A DNA stretch of 42,277 nucleotides from a virus. Positions 1-6,674 of the stretch are shown here, piece by piece (the stretch's first letter is position 1; the number at the start of each line of letters is the position of its first letter). Position numbers and translations under genes: made by a program. Location of the stretch: IMG/VR virus record IMGVR_UViG_3300045988_169545; one strand, 5' to 3'. Below the pieces are notes generated by a model. That model made no database searches. It had not been told where the DNA came from and was given only the letters and a program-made list of their open reading frames with translations.

Positions 1-99
1 AAGCATCCATGCAATCGTTGATGACAGGTGTTAGCCGAGAACGTGGGCCACCGGAAAGTCAGCACAACAGAAAAGGGGCCTCCGTATATCTGGGCCGAT
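1..99. repeat. Terminal direct repeat copy 1, 99 bp identical to 42179..42277 and truncated by the window edge. Either circular/terminal redundancy of a phage genome or an att-type flank.
   Basis: Exact 99/99 identity between window start and window end read directly from the sequence. The repeat reaches both window edges, so its true length is unknown. Confidence 0.95.
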
Positions 100-141
100 G
101 TTGGGAGACCCCACCCCGAAACGAGGCGAAAGGATTATACC

Positions 142-390
142 ATGGACGAGGAAAACGAGTACACGCTAACCCGCTACTACACCAGCAGCCCGGACTCCCT
201 TATAGAACGCGTGGCGCCATGCCTTAGGGCTGGCAAGATCGAAGTGGTGCATTACTGCTGCGACCACGTGGCCATAGCGCCTGGCGGAGACGATGACACC
301 ATAAAGGGCATGTCGCGCGTGCTGGCAGAGGTGATAGACGAGCTCTACGAGGCGTCACTAGTGGACTCCATAAGGGCGGCGGCGGAATGA
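142..390 (+). CDS. Hypothetical small protein, 82 aa (MDEENEYTLTRYY...).
   Basis: ATG at 142 preceded by a GAAAGGA Shine-Dalgarno sequence. The ORF is followed by a rho-independent terminator. Confidence 0.45.
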   Translation: MDEENEYTLTRYYTSSPDSLIERVAPCLRAGKIEVVHYCCDHVAIAPGGDDDTIKGMSRVLAEVIDELYEASLVDSIRAAAE

Positions 391-452
391 AACCATCGGT
401 GCATCGTGCTCAGAAGCCAGATTAGCGTCGAAGACCAACACGCGTAGATAAG

Positions 453-477
453 CTCCCGCTTCGGCGGGCTTTTTTTC
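453..477 (+). terminator. Rho-independent terminator (CCCGC-TTCG-GCGGG stem-loop plus T7 run).
   Basis: GC stem 455..468 followed by TTTTTTT at 471..477. Confidence 0.7.
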
Positions 478-480
478 GCC

Positions 481-577
481 CAAATATTTACGTATATTTA
501 TAGTCGATTCTACTTTACGTTTATTTAAACGTATGCTATAATGAATTCATCGAAAGGGACGAGGGAAGGAAAGCAAG
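481..577 (+). promoter_or_regulatory. AT-rich promoter/operator island. It has an extended -10 (TGcTATAAT, 534..542) and a perfect 8-2-8 palindrome TACGTTTA-TT-TAAACGTA (516..533).
   Basis: Local GC is about 25% in a roughly 65% GC genome. A TATAAT hexamer lies about 35 nt upstream of the 578 start, and the palindrome overlaps the -35/-10 spacer. Confidence 0.5.
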
Positions 578-934
578 ATGAAGTACAGCGAGATCGCCAG
601 CTACGCCGGGATCAACGCGGTGGACGCGGGCAAGGTAGCCGATCTTGCCGAGTCGATCAAGGCGAACGGCTGGCAGGGCGCGCCCATCCTCGTGTGCAAC
701 ATGGGCCTCGTGACCGGCTCCCACCGCCTCGCAGCCCTCGCAGAGCTCGATGCCGACCTCGGCTACGACGGCGACGCGCTCGACCAGGACGTGGCCGAGG
801 ACGTGACCGACGAGGTAAACGCCTACTGCGAGCGCGAGGGCATCGGATACGACGAGATCCGGTTCGACCGCCTGCGCGACATTTTCGCCGGCACGTGGGT
901 CGAAGAATACAAAGACCAGATCGTCGAGTGGTAG
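578..934 (+). CDS. ParB/Srx-like nuclease-domain protein, 118 aa.
   Basis: Motif ...SIKANGWQGAPILVCNMGLVTGSHRLAALAEL matches the ParB N-terminal (ParBc) signature (SI..G...PI.V....G.HR..A). A GAAAGGGACGAGGGAAGGAAAG Shine-Dalgarno-like stretch lies upstream. Confidence 0.6.
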   Translation: MKYSEIASYAGINAVDAGKVADLAESIKANGWQGAPILVCNMGLVTGSHRLAALAELDADLGYDGDALDQDVAEDVTDEVNAYCEREGIGYDEIRFDRLRDIFAGTWVEEYKDQIVEW

Positions 935-954
935 CGGAAGGGAGCGTGGTCAGG

Positions 955-1269
955 ATGGGCAAGAGGTACACGGTAGAGGAGTACGGCATCACCCGCAGGG
1001 ACGGCGGAAACTGGGACGACCAGAGCGCGCGCGAAGTCTCGGAGTTCGACACCCTCGAAGAGGCCAGGGCGGCGTTCGAGGCAGTGGACGTCCGAGGCCA
1101 GTGGCTCACCGAAAAGCTCTCGTCGAGCCTACGGCTCATGACGAGCAAGGTCATGGCGGCCGAGCTGTGCGTAAACGAGCTGGACGAGGATGGGGAGATC
1201 GCCGATTCCGAGGTCATCGAATATAAGGAGTTCGGCGCAGAGGACTACGAGAAGGAGGAGGGCCGGTGA
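955..1269 (+). CDS. Hypothetical protein, 104 aa.
   Basis: ATG at 955 with a GGTCAGG Shine-Dalgarno-like sequence. Coding-like composition and tight spacing to the flanking genes. Confidence 0.45.
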   Translation: MGKRYTVEEYGITRRDGGNWDDQSAREVSEFDTLEEARAAFEAVDVRGQWLTEKLSSSLRLMTSKVMAAELCVNELDEDGEIADSEVIEYKEFGAEDYEKEEGR

Positions 1270-1694
1270 ACAAGACCATAAACGGCAAGCGGTACGACAC
1301 GGAGAAGGCGAAGCCGGTCGGCGAGGCGGGAAACGGCCTCTACCCCGGCGACCTCGACTACTACTGTGAGACGCTCTACCTCAAGCGCACGGGCGAGTTC
1401 TTCCTCCACATGGAAGGCGGGCCGCGCAGCGGCTGCGCCAAGGCCGACGGCACCGGATGGGTCGGCGGCGAGGAGCTGCGCCCGGTGTCCTTCGACGGTG
1501 CGCGTGCGTGGGCCGAAAAGAACCTCACGGCGGACGAGTACGCAGAGCTCTTCGGCGAGCCTGACGAGGATGGGACGTCCGTCGTGGCAACGTTCTCCCT
1601 CTCCGCAGCCGCGAAGGCGAAGCTGGAGCGCGAGGCGTCGCGCACGGGCAAGGCGCAATCGGCCATCCTGGAAGAGCTGATAGGGAAGCTGTAG
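1266..1694 (+). CDS. Hypothetical protein with a C-terminal ribbon-helix-helix (CopG/Arc-like) motif, 142 aa.
   Basis: GTG start overlapping the upstream stop (GTGA). The C-terminus ...ATFSLSAAAKAKLEREASRTGKAQSAILEELIGKL fits a beta-strand-helix-helix pattern. Confidence 0.5.
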   Translation: MNKTINGKRYDTEKAKPVGEAGNGLYPGDLDYYCETLYLKRTGEFFLHMEGGPRSGCAKADGTGWVGGEELRPVSFDGARAWAEKNLTADEYAELFGEPDEDGTSVVATFSLSAAAKAKLEREASRTGKAQSAILEELIGKL

Positions 1695-1696
1695 GC

Positions 1697-2950
1697 ATGC
1701 CTCGCGCGAAGGATTTAACAGGCCAGCGGTTCGGAAGGCTCGTGGCGATAGAGCCGACAGCAAAGAGGTATGGCGGCTCCGTCGTTTGGCGCTGTCGGTG
1801 CGATTGCGGCAACGAGCACTTGGTGAGCGCCAGCATACTCAACTCGGGCGCGGTCAGGTCGTGCGGATGCTACAACAAGGAGCGGGTAGCCGAGACGCAC
1901 AGGGTTGATCTGACCGGCCAAAGGTTCGGCAAGCTCGTCGCGGTCGAGCCGACGGACAGGCGCGAGGTCAACAGCATCGTATGGCGCTGCAAATGCGACT
2001 GCGGGAACGAGCACTTCGTGAGCCTGGCGAACCTCAAAAACGGAAGCGTCACGTCCTGCGGATGCCTCCGCAGGCCGAATGTGCAGCCGGGTTCCTCGTT
2101 CGGCGATCTGACCATACTCCGTCAAGTTCACTCGACCGGCACGCGCAGATCCCTTTGGCTGTGCGAGTGCTCGTGCGGAAGGAGGGTCGTGCTGGCTGCC
2201 GGAGAGCTCTTGTCAATGGGGGCAAAGAGCTGCGGAAGGCGTCACGAAAAGCCGATCAACCGGCGTTTCAGTGACCTCGCCGGGCAGCGGTTCGGCTCGC
2301 TGCTCGTCAAGCGCGAGGCCGGAAGATCGAAAGACGGCGGCGTCGTGTGGAGATGCCTCTGCGATTGCGGGAACACCGTCAAGGTGAAAGCAGGCAACCT
2401 CGTCAACGGGCACACGACCTCGTGCGGCTGTAGGAAGGGCAAGCCCGTGGAAGAGGGAGAGCGGTTCGGCTCGCTCGTCGCGGTCGAGCGCGTCGGGACG
2501 AGCGACAAGGGTCAGTCGGTGTGGCGCTGCGAGTGCGACTGCGGAGGGGAGCGCGAGGCGACCGGGGCCGAGCTGCGCTACGGCAACGTCACGTCCTGCG
2601 GATGCGGGGAGACGAAGAGGAGGCGAGCCGCCGAGGCGAGCGGAGTGGTCGATGGAACCCGCCTGTCGAACCTCAACGGCAAGCCGCCGAAGAACAACAC
2701 CAGCGGCGTGCGCGGCGTTTTTCGGAACAAGCGGCGGCAGAAGTGGCAGGCGCAGATAAAGTTCCAGGGGAAGAACCGCTTCCTCGGCTACTTCGACGAC
2801 CTGGCCGACGCGGCCGAGGCGCGCCGGGAGGCGGAGCAGGAGCTGTTCGATCCGGTTCTCGAGGCCCACGGGCGCGCACCTACGTCAGAGGAGGAGTACG
2901 AGGAGGCGCTTAGCAGGGCCGTTGAGGCCGAGCGCGAGAGCGAGAATTAA
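1697..2950 (+). CDS. DNA-binding protein with five tandem roughly 60-aa Cys4 zinc-ribbon repeats and a C-terminal AP2 domain, 417 aa.
   Basis: Five repeats of (L[TA]GQRFG.L....W.C.CDCGN......L..G...SCGC) were read in the translation. The C-terminus ...TSGVRGVFRNKRRQKWQAQIKFQGKNRFLGYFDDLADAAEARREAE is a canonical AP2 (GV+GV...KW.A.I...GK...LG.F....EAA.A) DNA-binding domain. Confidence 0.8.
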   Translation: MPRAKDLTGQRFGRLVAIEPTAKRYGGSVVWRCRCDCGNEHLVSASILNSGAVRSCGCYNKERVAETHRVDLTGQRFGKLVAVEPTDRREVNSIVWRCKCDCGNEHFVSLANLKNGSVTSCGCLRRPNVQPGSSFGDLTILRQVHSTGTRRSLWLCECSCGRRVVLAAGELLSMGAKSCGRRHEKPINRRFSDLAGQRFGSLLVKREAGRSKDGGVVWRCLCDCGNTVKVKAGNLVNGHTTSCGCRKGKPVEEGERFGSLVAVERVGTSDKGQSVWRCECDCGGEREATGAELRYGNVTSCGCGETKRRRAAEASGVVDGTRLSNLNGKPPKNNTSGVRGVFRNKRRQKWQAQIKFQGKNRFLGYFDDLADAAEARREAEQELFDPVLEAHGRAPTSEEEYEEALSRAVEAERESEN

Positions 2951-2986
2951 AAAAGAGGGCCGCCCCGCGAAGGAGCGGCCCTTTTA
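2950..2986. terminator. Bidirectional rho-independent terminator between the convergent 1697..2950 (+) gene and the 3047..4114 (-) endolysin.
   Basis: Stem GGGCCGC (2957..2963) / GCGGCCC (2975..2981), flanked by AAAAA upstream and TTTT downstream. Confidence 0.65.
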
Positions 2987-3046
2987 GTCATGCTGCGCAG
3001 AGCATGAGCTGGAACCGGTCGACGGGCTTCGCGACGCCGCCAGCCG

Positions 3047-4114
3047 TCACGCGGCTGCCAGGTCGGCCCAGAAGGCCGTGATGATGCCGCCGTTGCCGGC
3101 GTAGTCGTCGCCCCACCCGGACGTGTCGGCAAGGTCGCGCATCTTGGCCATGAAGCCCTCGCCCTGGTTGGCCGCCGCGTACTCCACGACTCGCCAGCCT
3201 GTCGAGGCCGGATCGGGCGTGTCGTAGTAGCAGCGTATCGCCGTAATGGGCGAGCCGTCGCCGGCGCAGCCGTACATCAGGTCGCCCGCGTCGTAGCCCG
3301 ACACGGGATCTAGCCAGCCGTTGGCCTGGGTGCGCACCTGGTACCAGCCAGGCATGTCGATGGCGAGCCAGCGCATGGGCTGGCCGTCGCCGGCGTAGGT
3401 GTCGCCGGAGCCGCCCGTGTCGTAGCGGTCTACCATCTCCGGGAGCCAGTAGGCGCCGGAGGGGTCGGAGGAGGAGCGGTAGCGCACCTCCTCGGAGACG
3501 TTGGAGCTGCCGCCCGTGCCCGAGGTTCCGGGGGTCACGACGGAGCCGCTCGCCATATACTCGGCCACGCATCCCTCGAACTGCGCCCACGTGCGCCCGT
3601 AGGCGGCGAAGTAGCCCGTCGGGTCGGTGTGGTCGGTGCCACCCCAGATGCGGCGGCACTCGTCGTGGGACAAGAGCCGGTCTACGCCCCAGCCCCGGCC
3701 CGCCAGGTAGTCGCCGCACCAGCGCACCGCCTCGGCCCACTGCCGGTCGAAATCGACCTGGTTCGTGGAGTGGGCCAGCTCGATGCCCACCGTCTGGTAG
3801 TTGCCGTTGCCGACATGCCAGGCCAGGCGGTCGTCATACATGGTGCGGTACACCGTGCTCCCGTCGAGCTCCATCACGTAGTGGACGGCGTAGTCGGGGT
3901 TGTTGCCCCAGTAGATCACGTGGTTCCACGCGCTCGCGCCGGGGTTGGCCGTCTCGTGGACGACCAGGTACTGGGCGTTGTTGTAGCCGTGGCCCCCGGC
4001 CACGATGTTTTCGCTGCTCTCGTAGGCCATCGCCCGCGCCCCCGGAAGGGCGAGCGAGAGCGCGACGAGGAGCGCGGAGAGCGCCGCGATGGGGCGCCTA
4101 GCCTTCGTCATCAT
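3047..4114 (-). CDS. Endolysin: N-acetylmuramoyl-L-alanine amidase (amidase_2/PGRP fold) with an N-terminal signal peptide, 355 aa.
   Basis: N-terminus MMTKARRPIAALSALLVALSLALPGARA is a signal or signal-arrest-release type leader. YLVVHETANPGAS...GIELAHS... is typical of amidase_2 catalytic domains. It sits in a lysis cassette with a holin. GGGAAGGGGG Shine-Dalgarno sequence. Confidence 0.8.
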   Translation of the reverse strand: MMTKARRPIAALSALLVALSLALPGARAMAYESSENIVAGGHGYNNAQYLVVHETANPGASAWNHVIYWGNNPDYAVHYVMELDGSTVYRTMYDDRLAWHVGNGNYQTVGIELAHSTNQVDFDRQWAEAVRWCGDYLAGRGWGVDRLLSHDECRRIWGGTDHTDPTGYFAAYGRTWAQFEGCVAEYMASGSVVTPGTSGTGGSSNVSEEVRYRSSSDPSGAYWLPEMVDRYDTGGSGDTYAGDGQPMRWLAIDMPGWYQVRTQANGWLDPVSGYDAGDLMYGCAGDGSPITAIRCYYDTPDPASTGWRVVEYAAANQGEGFMAKMRDLADTSGWGDDYAGNGGIITAFWADLAAA

Positions 4115-4349
4115 CCGCGCCCCCCTTCCCCGCCTTGATCTGGCTCGCGCCGATGACCACGCCGACGAACGTCCCGACGGCGTTGATCGTGGTCACGACC
4201 GCCTGGGCCGTCGCCGCGTCCGCGCCCCACGCCCCGGCGCACGTGCCGACGAGCGTGGCGAGCGCGGGTAGTGCGATGAGGCCGGCCCACTTGAGCACGT
4301 CGTAGGCGCGGGACGGGATGAGCCATCCCGCGCCGTCTCTCTCTTCCAT
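4098..4349 (-). CDS. Holin, 83 aa, two transmembrane helices.
   Basis: ATG at 4349 preceded by an AGGAGAGAAT Shine-Dalgarno sequence. Two hydrophobic segments (WAGLIALPALATLVGTCAGAW; AVVTTINAVGTFVGVVIGA) and a charged C-terminus. It overlaps the endolysin start. Confidence 0.7.
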   Translation of the reverse strand: MEERDGAGWLIPSRAYDVLKWAGLIALPALATLVGTCAGAWGADAATAQAVVTTINAVGTFVGVVIGASQIKAGKGGADDDEG

Positions 4350-4366
4350 GATTCTCTCCTTTACAT

Positions 4367-4672
4367 CTAGCCAACTCCGATGCTCGCGAGCGCCCAGCCC
4401 ACGGCGGCCGCCACGAGCGCCCACAGCGCCCTGTCGGCCATGTTCTCCCAGCGCTTCGCGGGCCTCGCCTCCAGGACGGCGAGCCTCTCGTTCATGGCGT
4501 CTATCCGCTGCTGGTTCTGCCGCTCTATCTCCTTGAGGGCGGCGAGCGTCTCGTTGAGCGCGGATAGCTGCTCCTGGTGCTCGTCTATCTTCTTGCTATG
4601 CAAGTCAAGTCGCCTGTCGTGCGCGCCTATGGCGCGAACGTGGGCCGAGTGCTGGGCGCAACTCCCTTCCAT
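4367..4672 (-). CDS. XhlA-like lysis-associated protein (coiled coil plus C-terminal transmembrane helix), 101 aa.
   Basis: Coiled-coil heptads (LSALNETLAALKEIERQNQQRIDAMNERLAVLEA) followed by a C-terminal hydrophobic helix (LWALVAAAVGWALASIGVG). AAGGGAGGTGA Shine-Dalgarno sequence before the ATG at 4672. Confidence 0.55.
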   Translation of the reverse strand: MEGSCAQHSAHVRAIGAHDRRLDLHSKKIDEHQEQLSALNETLAALKEIERQNQQRIDAMNERLAVLEARPAKRWENMADRALWALVAAAVGWALASIGVG

Positions 4673-4757
4673 CGCATCACCTCCCTTCTATGCACAAGTC
4701 AAGTCTGCGTGCGCACCTGGCTATCGGGTAGCGCCCGATCCCGTTGCCTTAGTCGCC

Positions 4758-4811
4758 CAGAATCCCACGCTCGCCTACGCTCGATCTCCCGCGAAAACGC
4801 GTGGGATTCTG
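4758..4811. promoter_or_regulatory. 13-bp perfect inverted repeat (CAGAATCCCACGC ... 28 bp ... GCGTGGGATTCTG) 20 nt upstream of the recombinase start. Each arm carries GCGTGGGATTC, the left-arm motif of the inversion site in the expressed gene.
   Basis: Read directly from the sequence. The 11-mer GCGTGGGATTC is shared with site 6977..6999 (reverse strand). Confidence 0.5.
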
Positions 4812-4831
4812 CGAGAGGAAAGAGGTCAGAA

Positions 4832-5743
4832 ATGAAGCTGGGAACCTACTACGAGGAGACCTACGTGCTGCGCTACCTGTCTCTGTCGCCGACCACGGTG
4901 CAGGGGTACGAGAGCAGCTACCACCTCCACGTCGAGCCGCAGTGGGCCGATTGGGAGATGCACGAAATCAGGGTCAAGCACATCAACACGTGGCTCGCGA
5001 CCGCCTTTATGGACAACCCCGGAGGGGCGGAAAAGGCGTACAAGGTGCTGCGCCAGATACTCCATGCTGCGATGGGCGACGAGGAGTACCCGGACGATGT
5101 TGTAGATCCCACCACCCGCGGCGTCCGCAAGCCCAAGATGCCATGGCACGAGGACGCCCCACGGCTAAGCCCGAAGGAGGTCAAGCAGCTCCTCATCGGC
5201 GTCGTGGGCTGGGAGTACGAGCCCGTGGTGATCTGCGGCGTGTGGCTCGGGCTGCGCCGCAGCGAGGCGTGCGGGCTGCAATGGAGGGATATCGACCTGC
5301 GCACGGGCCTGGTGCGCATCAGGCGCGGCGTGCACTACGTCAAGGGCAAGGTTGTCGTAACCAAGACCAAGACGCACCGCAGCCAGCGCCCGCACATGCT
5401 CCCCAGGACGGCCATAGAGCGCCTGCGCGCGATAAAGCGCGAGCGCAGGGCCAAGCCCACCGACTGGATCATGGGCGACGAGCTGGGCGTTGACGTCCAC
5501 CCAGACCGCTATGCCCGTAGGTTCCGGGCCTTCTGCAATCGCAACGACTTACCCTACGTGGCGCCGAAGTACTTCCGCCACACGTTTCGCAGCAACGCCC
5601 GGAAGGCGGACATACCAGAGCAGGATATCCAGAAGATGCTTGGGCACAGGGAGTTAGAAACATCCTACATCTACATGGAGCTTGATGAGGACGTGCTGCG
5701 CGTAGACCAGCGCGCCCACGAGCGGCTGATCCTGCGTGCGTAG
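4832..5743 (+). CDS. Short tyrosine site-specific recombinase (XerC/Rci-like, 303 aa) with no arm-binding N-domain. Putative DNA invertase for the adjacent cassette array.
   Basis: Catalytic signature residues are present: ...LGLRRSE (Arg), KYFRHTFRS (His-x-x-Arg), LGHRELETSYIYM (His, Tyr nucleophile). A GAGAGGAAAGAGG Shine-Dalgarno sequence precedes the ATG. Its stop TAG (5741..5743) is part of the first conserved recombination site. Confidence 0.9.
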   Translation: MKLGTYYEETYVLRYLSLSPTTVQGYESSYHLHVEPQWADWEMHEIRVKHINTWLATAFMDNPGGAEKAYKVLRQILHAAMGDEEYPDDVVDPTTRGVRKPKMPWHEDAPRLSPKEVKQLLIGVVGWEYEPVVICGVWLGLRRSEACGLQWRDIDLRTGLVRIRRGVHYVKGKVVVTKTKTHRSQRPHMLPRTAIERLRAIKRERRAKPTDWIMGDELGVDVHPDRYARRFRAFCNRNDLPYVAPKYFRHTFRSNARKADIPEQDIQKMLGHRELETSYIYMELDEDVLRVDQRAHERLILRA

Positions 5744-5761
5744 CATTCGGTATCCCCCGTC
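5738..5761 (+). repeat. Putative inversion site 1 (GCGTAGCATTCGGTATCCCCCGTC). The TAG is the recombinase stop codon.
   Basis: One of a family of five related sites. 18/19 identity to the inverted site over ATTCGGTA(T/G)CCCCCGTC. Confidence 0.6.
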
Positions 5762-6046
5762 ATGATCATCGATGACGGCAAAGTCTCGGTGCAGCAGGCG
5801 GGATGTCACATCATAGCTTGTTGCAGGGCTAATGTTGGTGATATCCCTCCATGGGGCACCATACACCTAAAGGATGGACTGCCTAAGCCGGCGAAAGCAG
5901 TTTCAGCAGCGGTGACAGTCCAGGATGCTTCAGCTGTTTGTGCAATTGCCACGATCGGCAGTGACGGAACGCTTCTGCTTGATAATAAATCTAGCGCATC
6001 TGGCGCCGGTTGGGTGTTTTTCGAGATCTCGTATTTCACAACGTAG
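5744..6046 (+). other. Silent alternative C-terminal cassette A (100 codons). It is in frame with its site and is bounded by a TAG stop inside site 2.
   Basis: Open reading frame from the site core to TAG 6044..6046. Same frame (position mod 3 = 2) as the recombinase and cassettes B and C. Confidence 0.55.
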
Positions 6047-6064
6047 CATTCGGTAGCCCACGCA
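6041..6064 (+). repeat. Putative inversion site 2 (ACGTAGCATTCGGTAGCCCACGCA).
   Basis: Identical 17-mer TAGCATTCGGTAGCCCA to site 3. Located exactly at the cassette A/B boundary. Confidence 0.65.
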
Positions 6065-6382
6065 AGTGGGGTGATCACCCCGGTGTTTAACCTCGAGACC
6101 AGCTGGCAACTCACGCGGCGTGCCGGATGGGCGTACCTAGACCTCCGCGCGTACACTCTGCAGTCGGCGTTTGAGACATGGAGCACGCCCATCGCCAGGC
6201 TGCCCGAGGGGTTTCGGCCTGCGAAAAACATACGCTCGATGTGCATGATCGAGGCCCAGTATTGGGAGCAGGTGGCACCGGGATATGTGACCATATTCCC
6301 CAATGGGGATGTGGAGCTAGATTACCGCGTCAACTTCGCGCCGTACACATGCGACGTCTCGGCGGTGTTTCCCCTCGCGTAG
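6047..6382 (+). other. Silent alternative C-terminal cassette B (111 codons).
   Basis: In-frame ORF from site 2 to TAG 6380..6382, with the stop embedded in site 3. Confidence 0.55.
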
Positions 6383-6400
6383 CATTCGGTAGCCCAGGCC
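6377..6400 (+). repeat. Putative inversion site 3 (GCGTAGCATTCGGTAGCCCAGGCC).
   Basis: See site 2. Located at the cassette B/C boundary. Confidence 0.65.
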
Positions 6401-6637
6401 GTCGTGAAGGCCGCGAAGGTCGTGCTTGACAACTTCCGCACGTCCTCGACGGTTGTTGTGACGGTGCCCGTCGCGTGGCCGGTCGACGTCTCGCGCGTGG
6501 TCGCCGTCGTACCGTCGTATGTGTGCCAAGAGTACTCGGACCGCATCGTCGTATCCGACTGGGGTGCCGACGGCGTGGATGTGCGCGCGGGCGTCGACCA
6601 GAACGTCTCCATGACGCTGCATGTCCTCTACGTGTGA
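6383..6637 (+). other. Silent alternative C-terminal cassette C (84 codons).
   Basis: In-frame ORF from site 3 to TGA 6635..6637, with the stop embedded in the degenerate site 4. Confidence 0.5.
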
Positions 6638-6650
6638 TTCGGTAGCGTGG
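6632..6650 (+). repeat. Degenerate site 4 (GTGTGATTCGGTAGCGTGG).
   Basis: Core ATTCGGTAGC is retained, but the left arm has diverged (TGA in place of TAG CAT). Confidence 0.4.
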
Positions 6651-6674
6651 TGGCCGTGTACTAGCCGTAGCCCG

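Noticed and set aside
1-99. Terminal repeat as a tRNA-derived att site.
   Set aside because: No cloverleaf, TpsiC-loop-like GGTTCGAATCC or CCA-end features are present in the 99-mer. No tRNA gene was detected anywhere in the window.
541-1269. 242-aa + ORF spanning 541..1269, very Arg-rich.
   Set aside because: It overlaps two better ORFs (578..934, 955..1269) in other frames. The Arg/Gly/Pro-rich translation is typical of an off-frame read through high-GC coding DNA. Only the in-frame tail from 955 was kept.
4596-4708. Direct repeat CTATGCA(C)AAGTCAAGTC at 4596..4614 and 4688..4708.
   Set aside because: One copy is inside the XhlA coding sequence (encoding DLHSKKID) and the other overlaps its Shine-Dalgarno region. 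It is short and probably coincidental or weakly promoter-related, with no compelling evidence of function.
5738-6650. Could the regularly spaced 5' TAGCATTCGGTAGCC repeats be a CRISPR array or integron attC sites?
   Set aside because: Spacing is 250-340 bp, far larger than CRISPR spacers. The intervening DNA is three long in-frame ORFs, the repeats are not palindromic like attC, and an inverted copy sits inside a tail gene. The pattern fits an inversion cassette array, not CRISPR or an integron.
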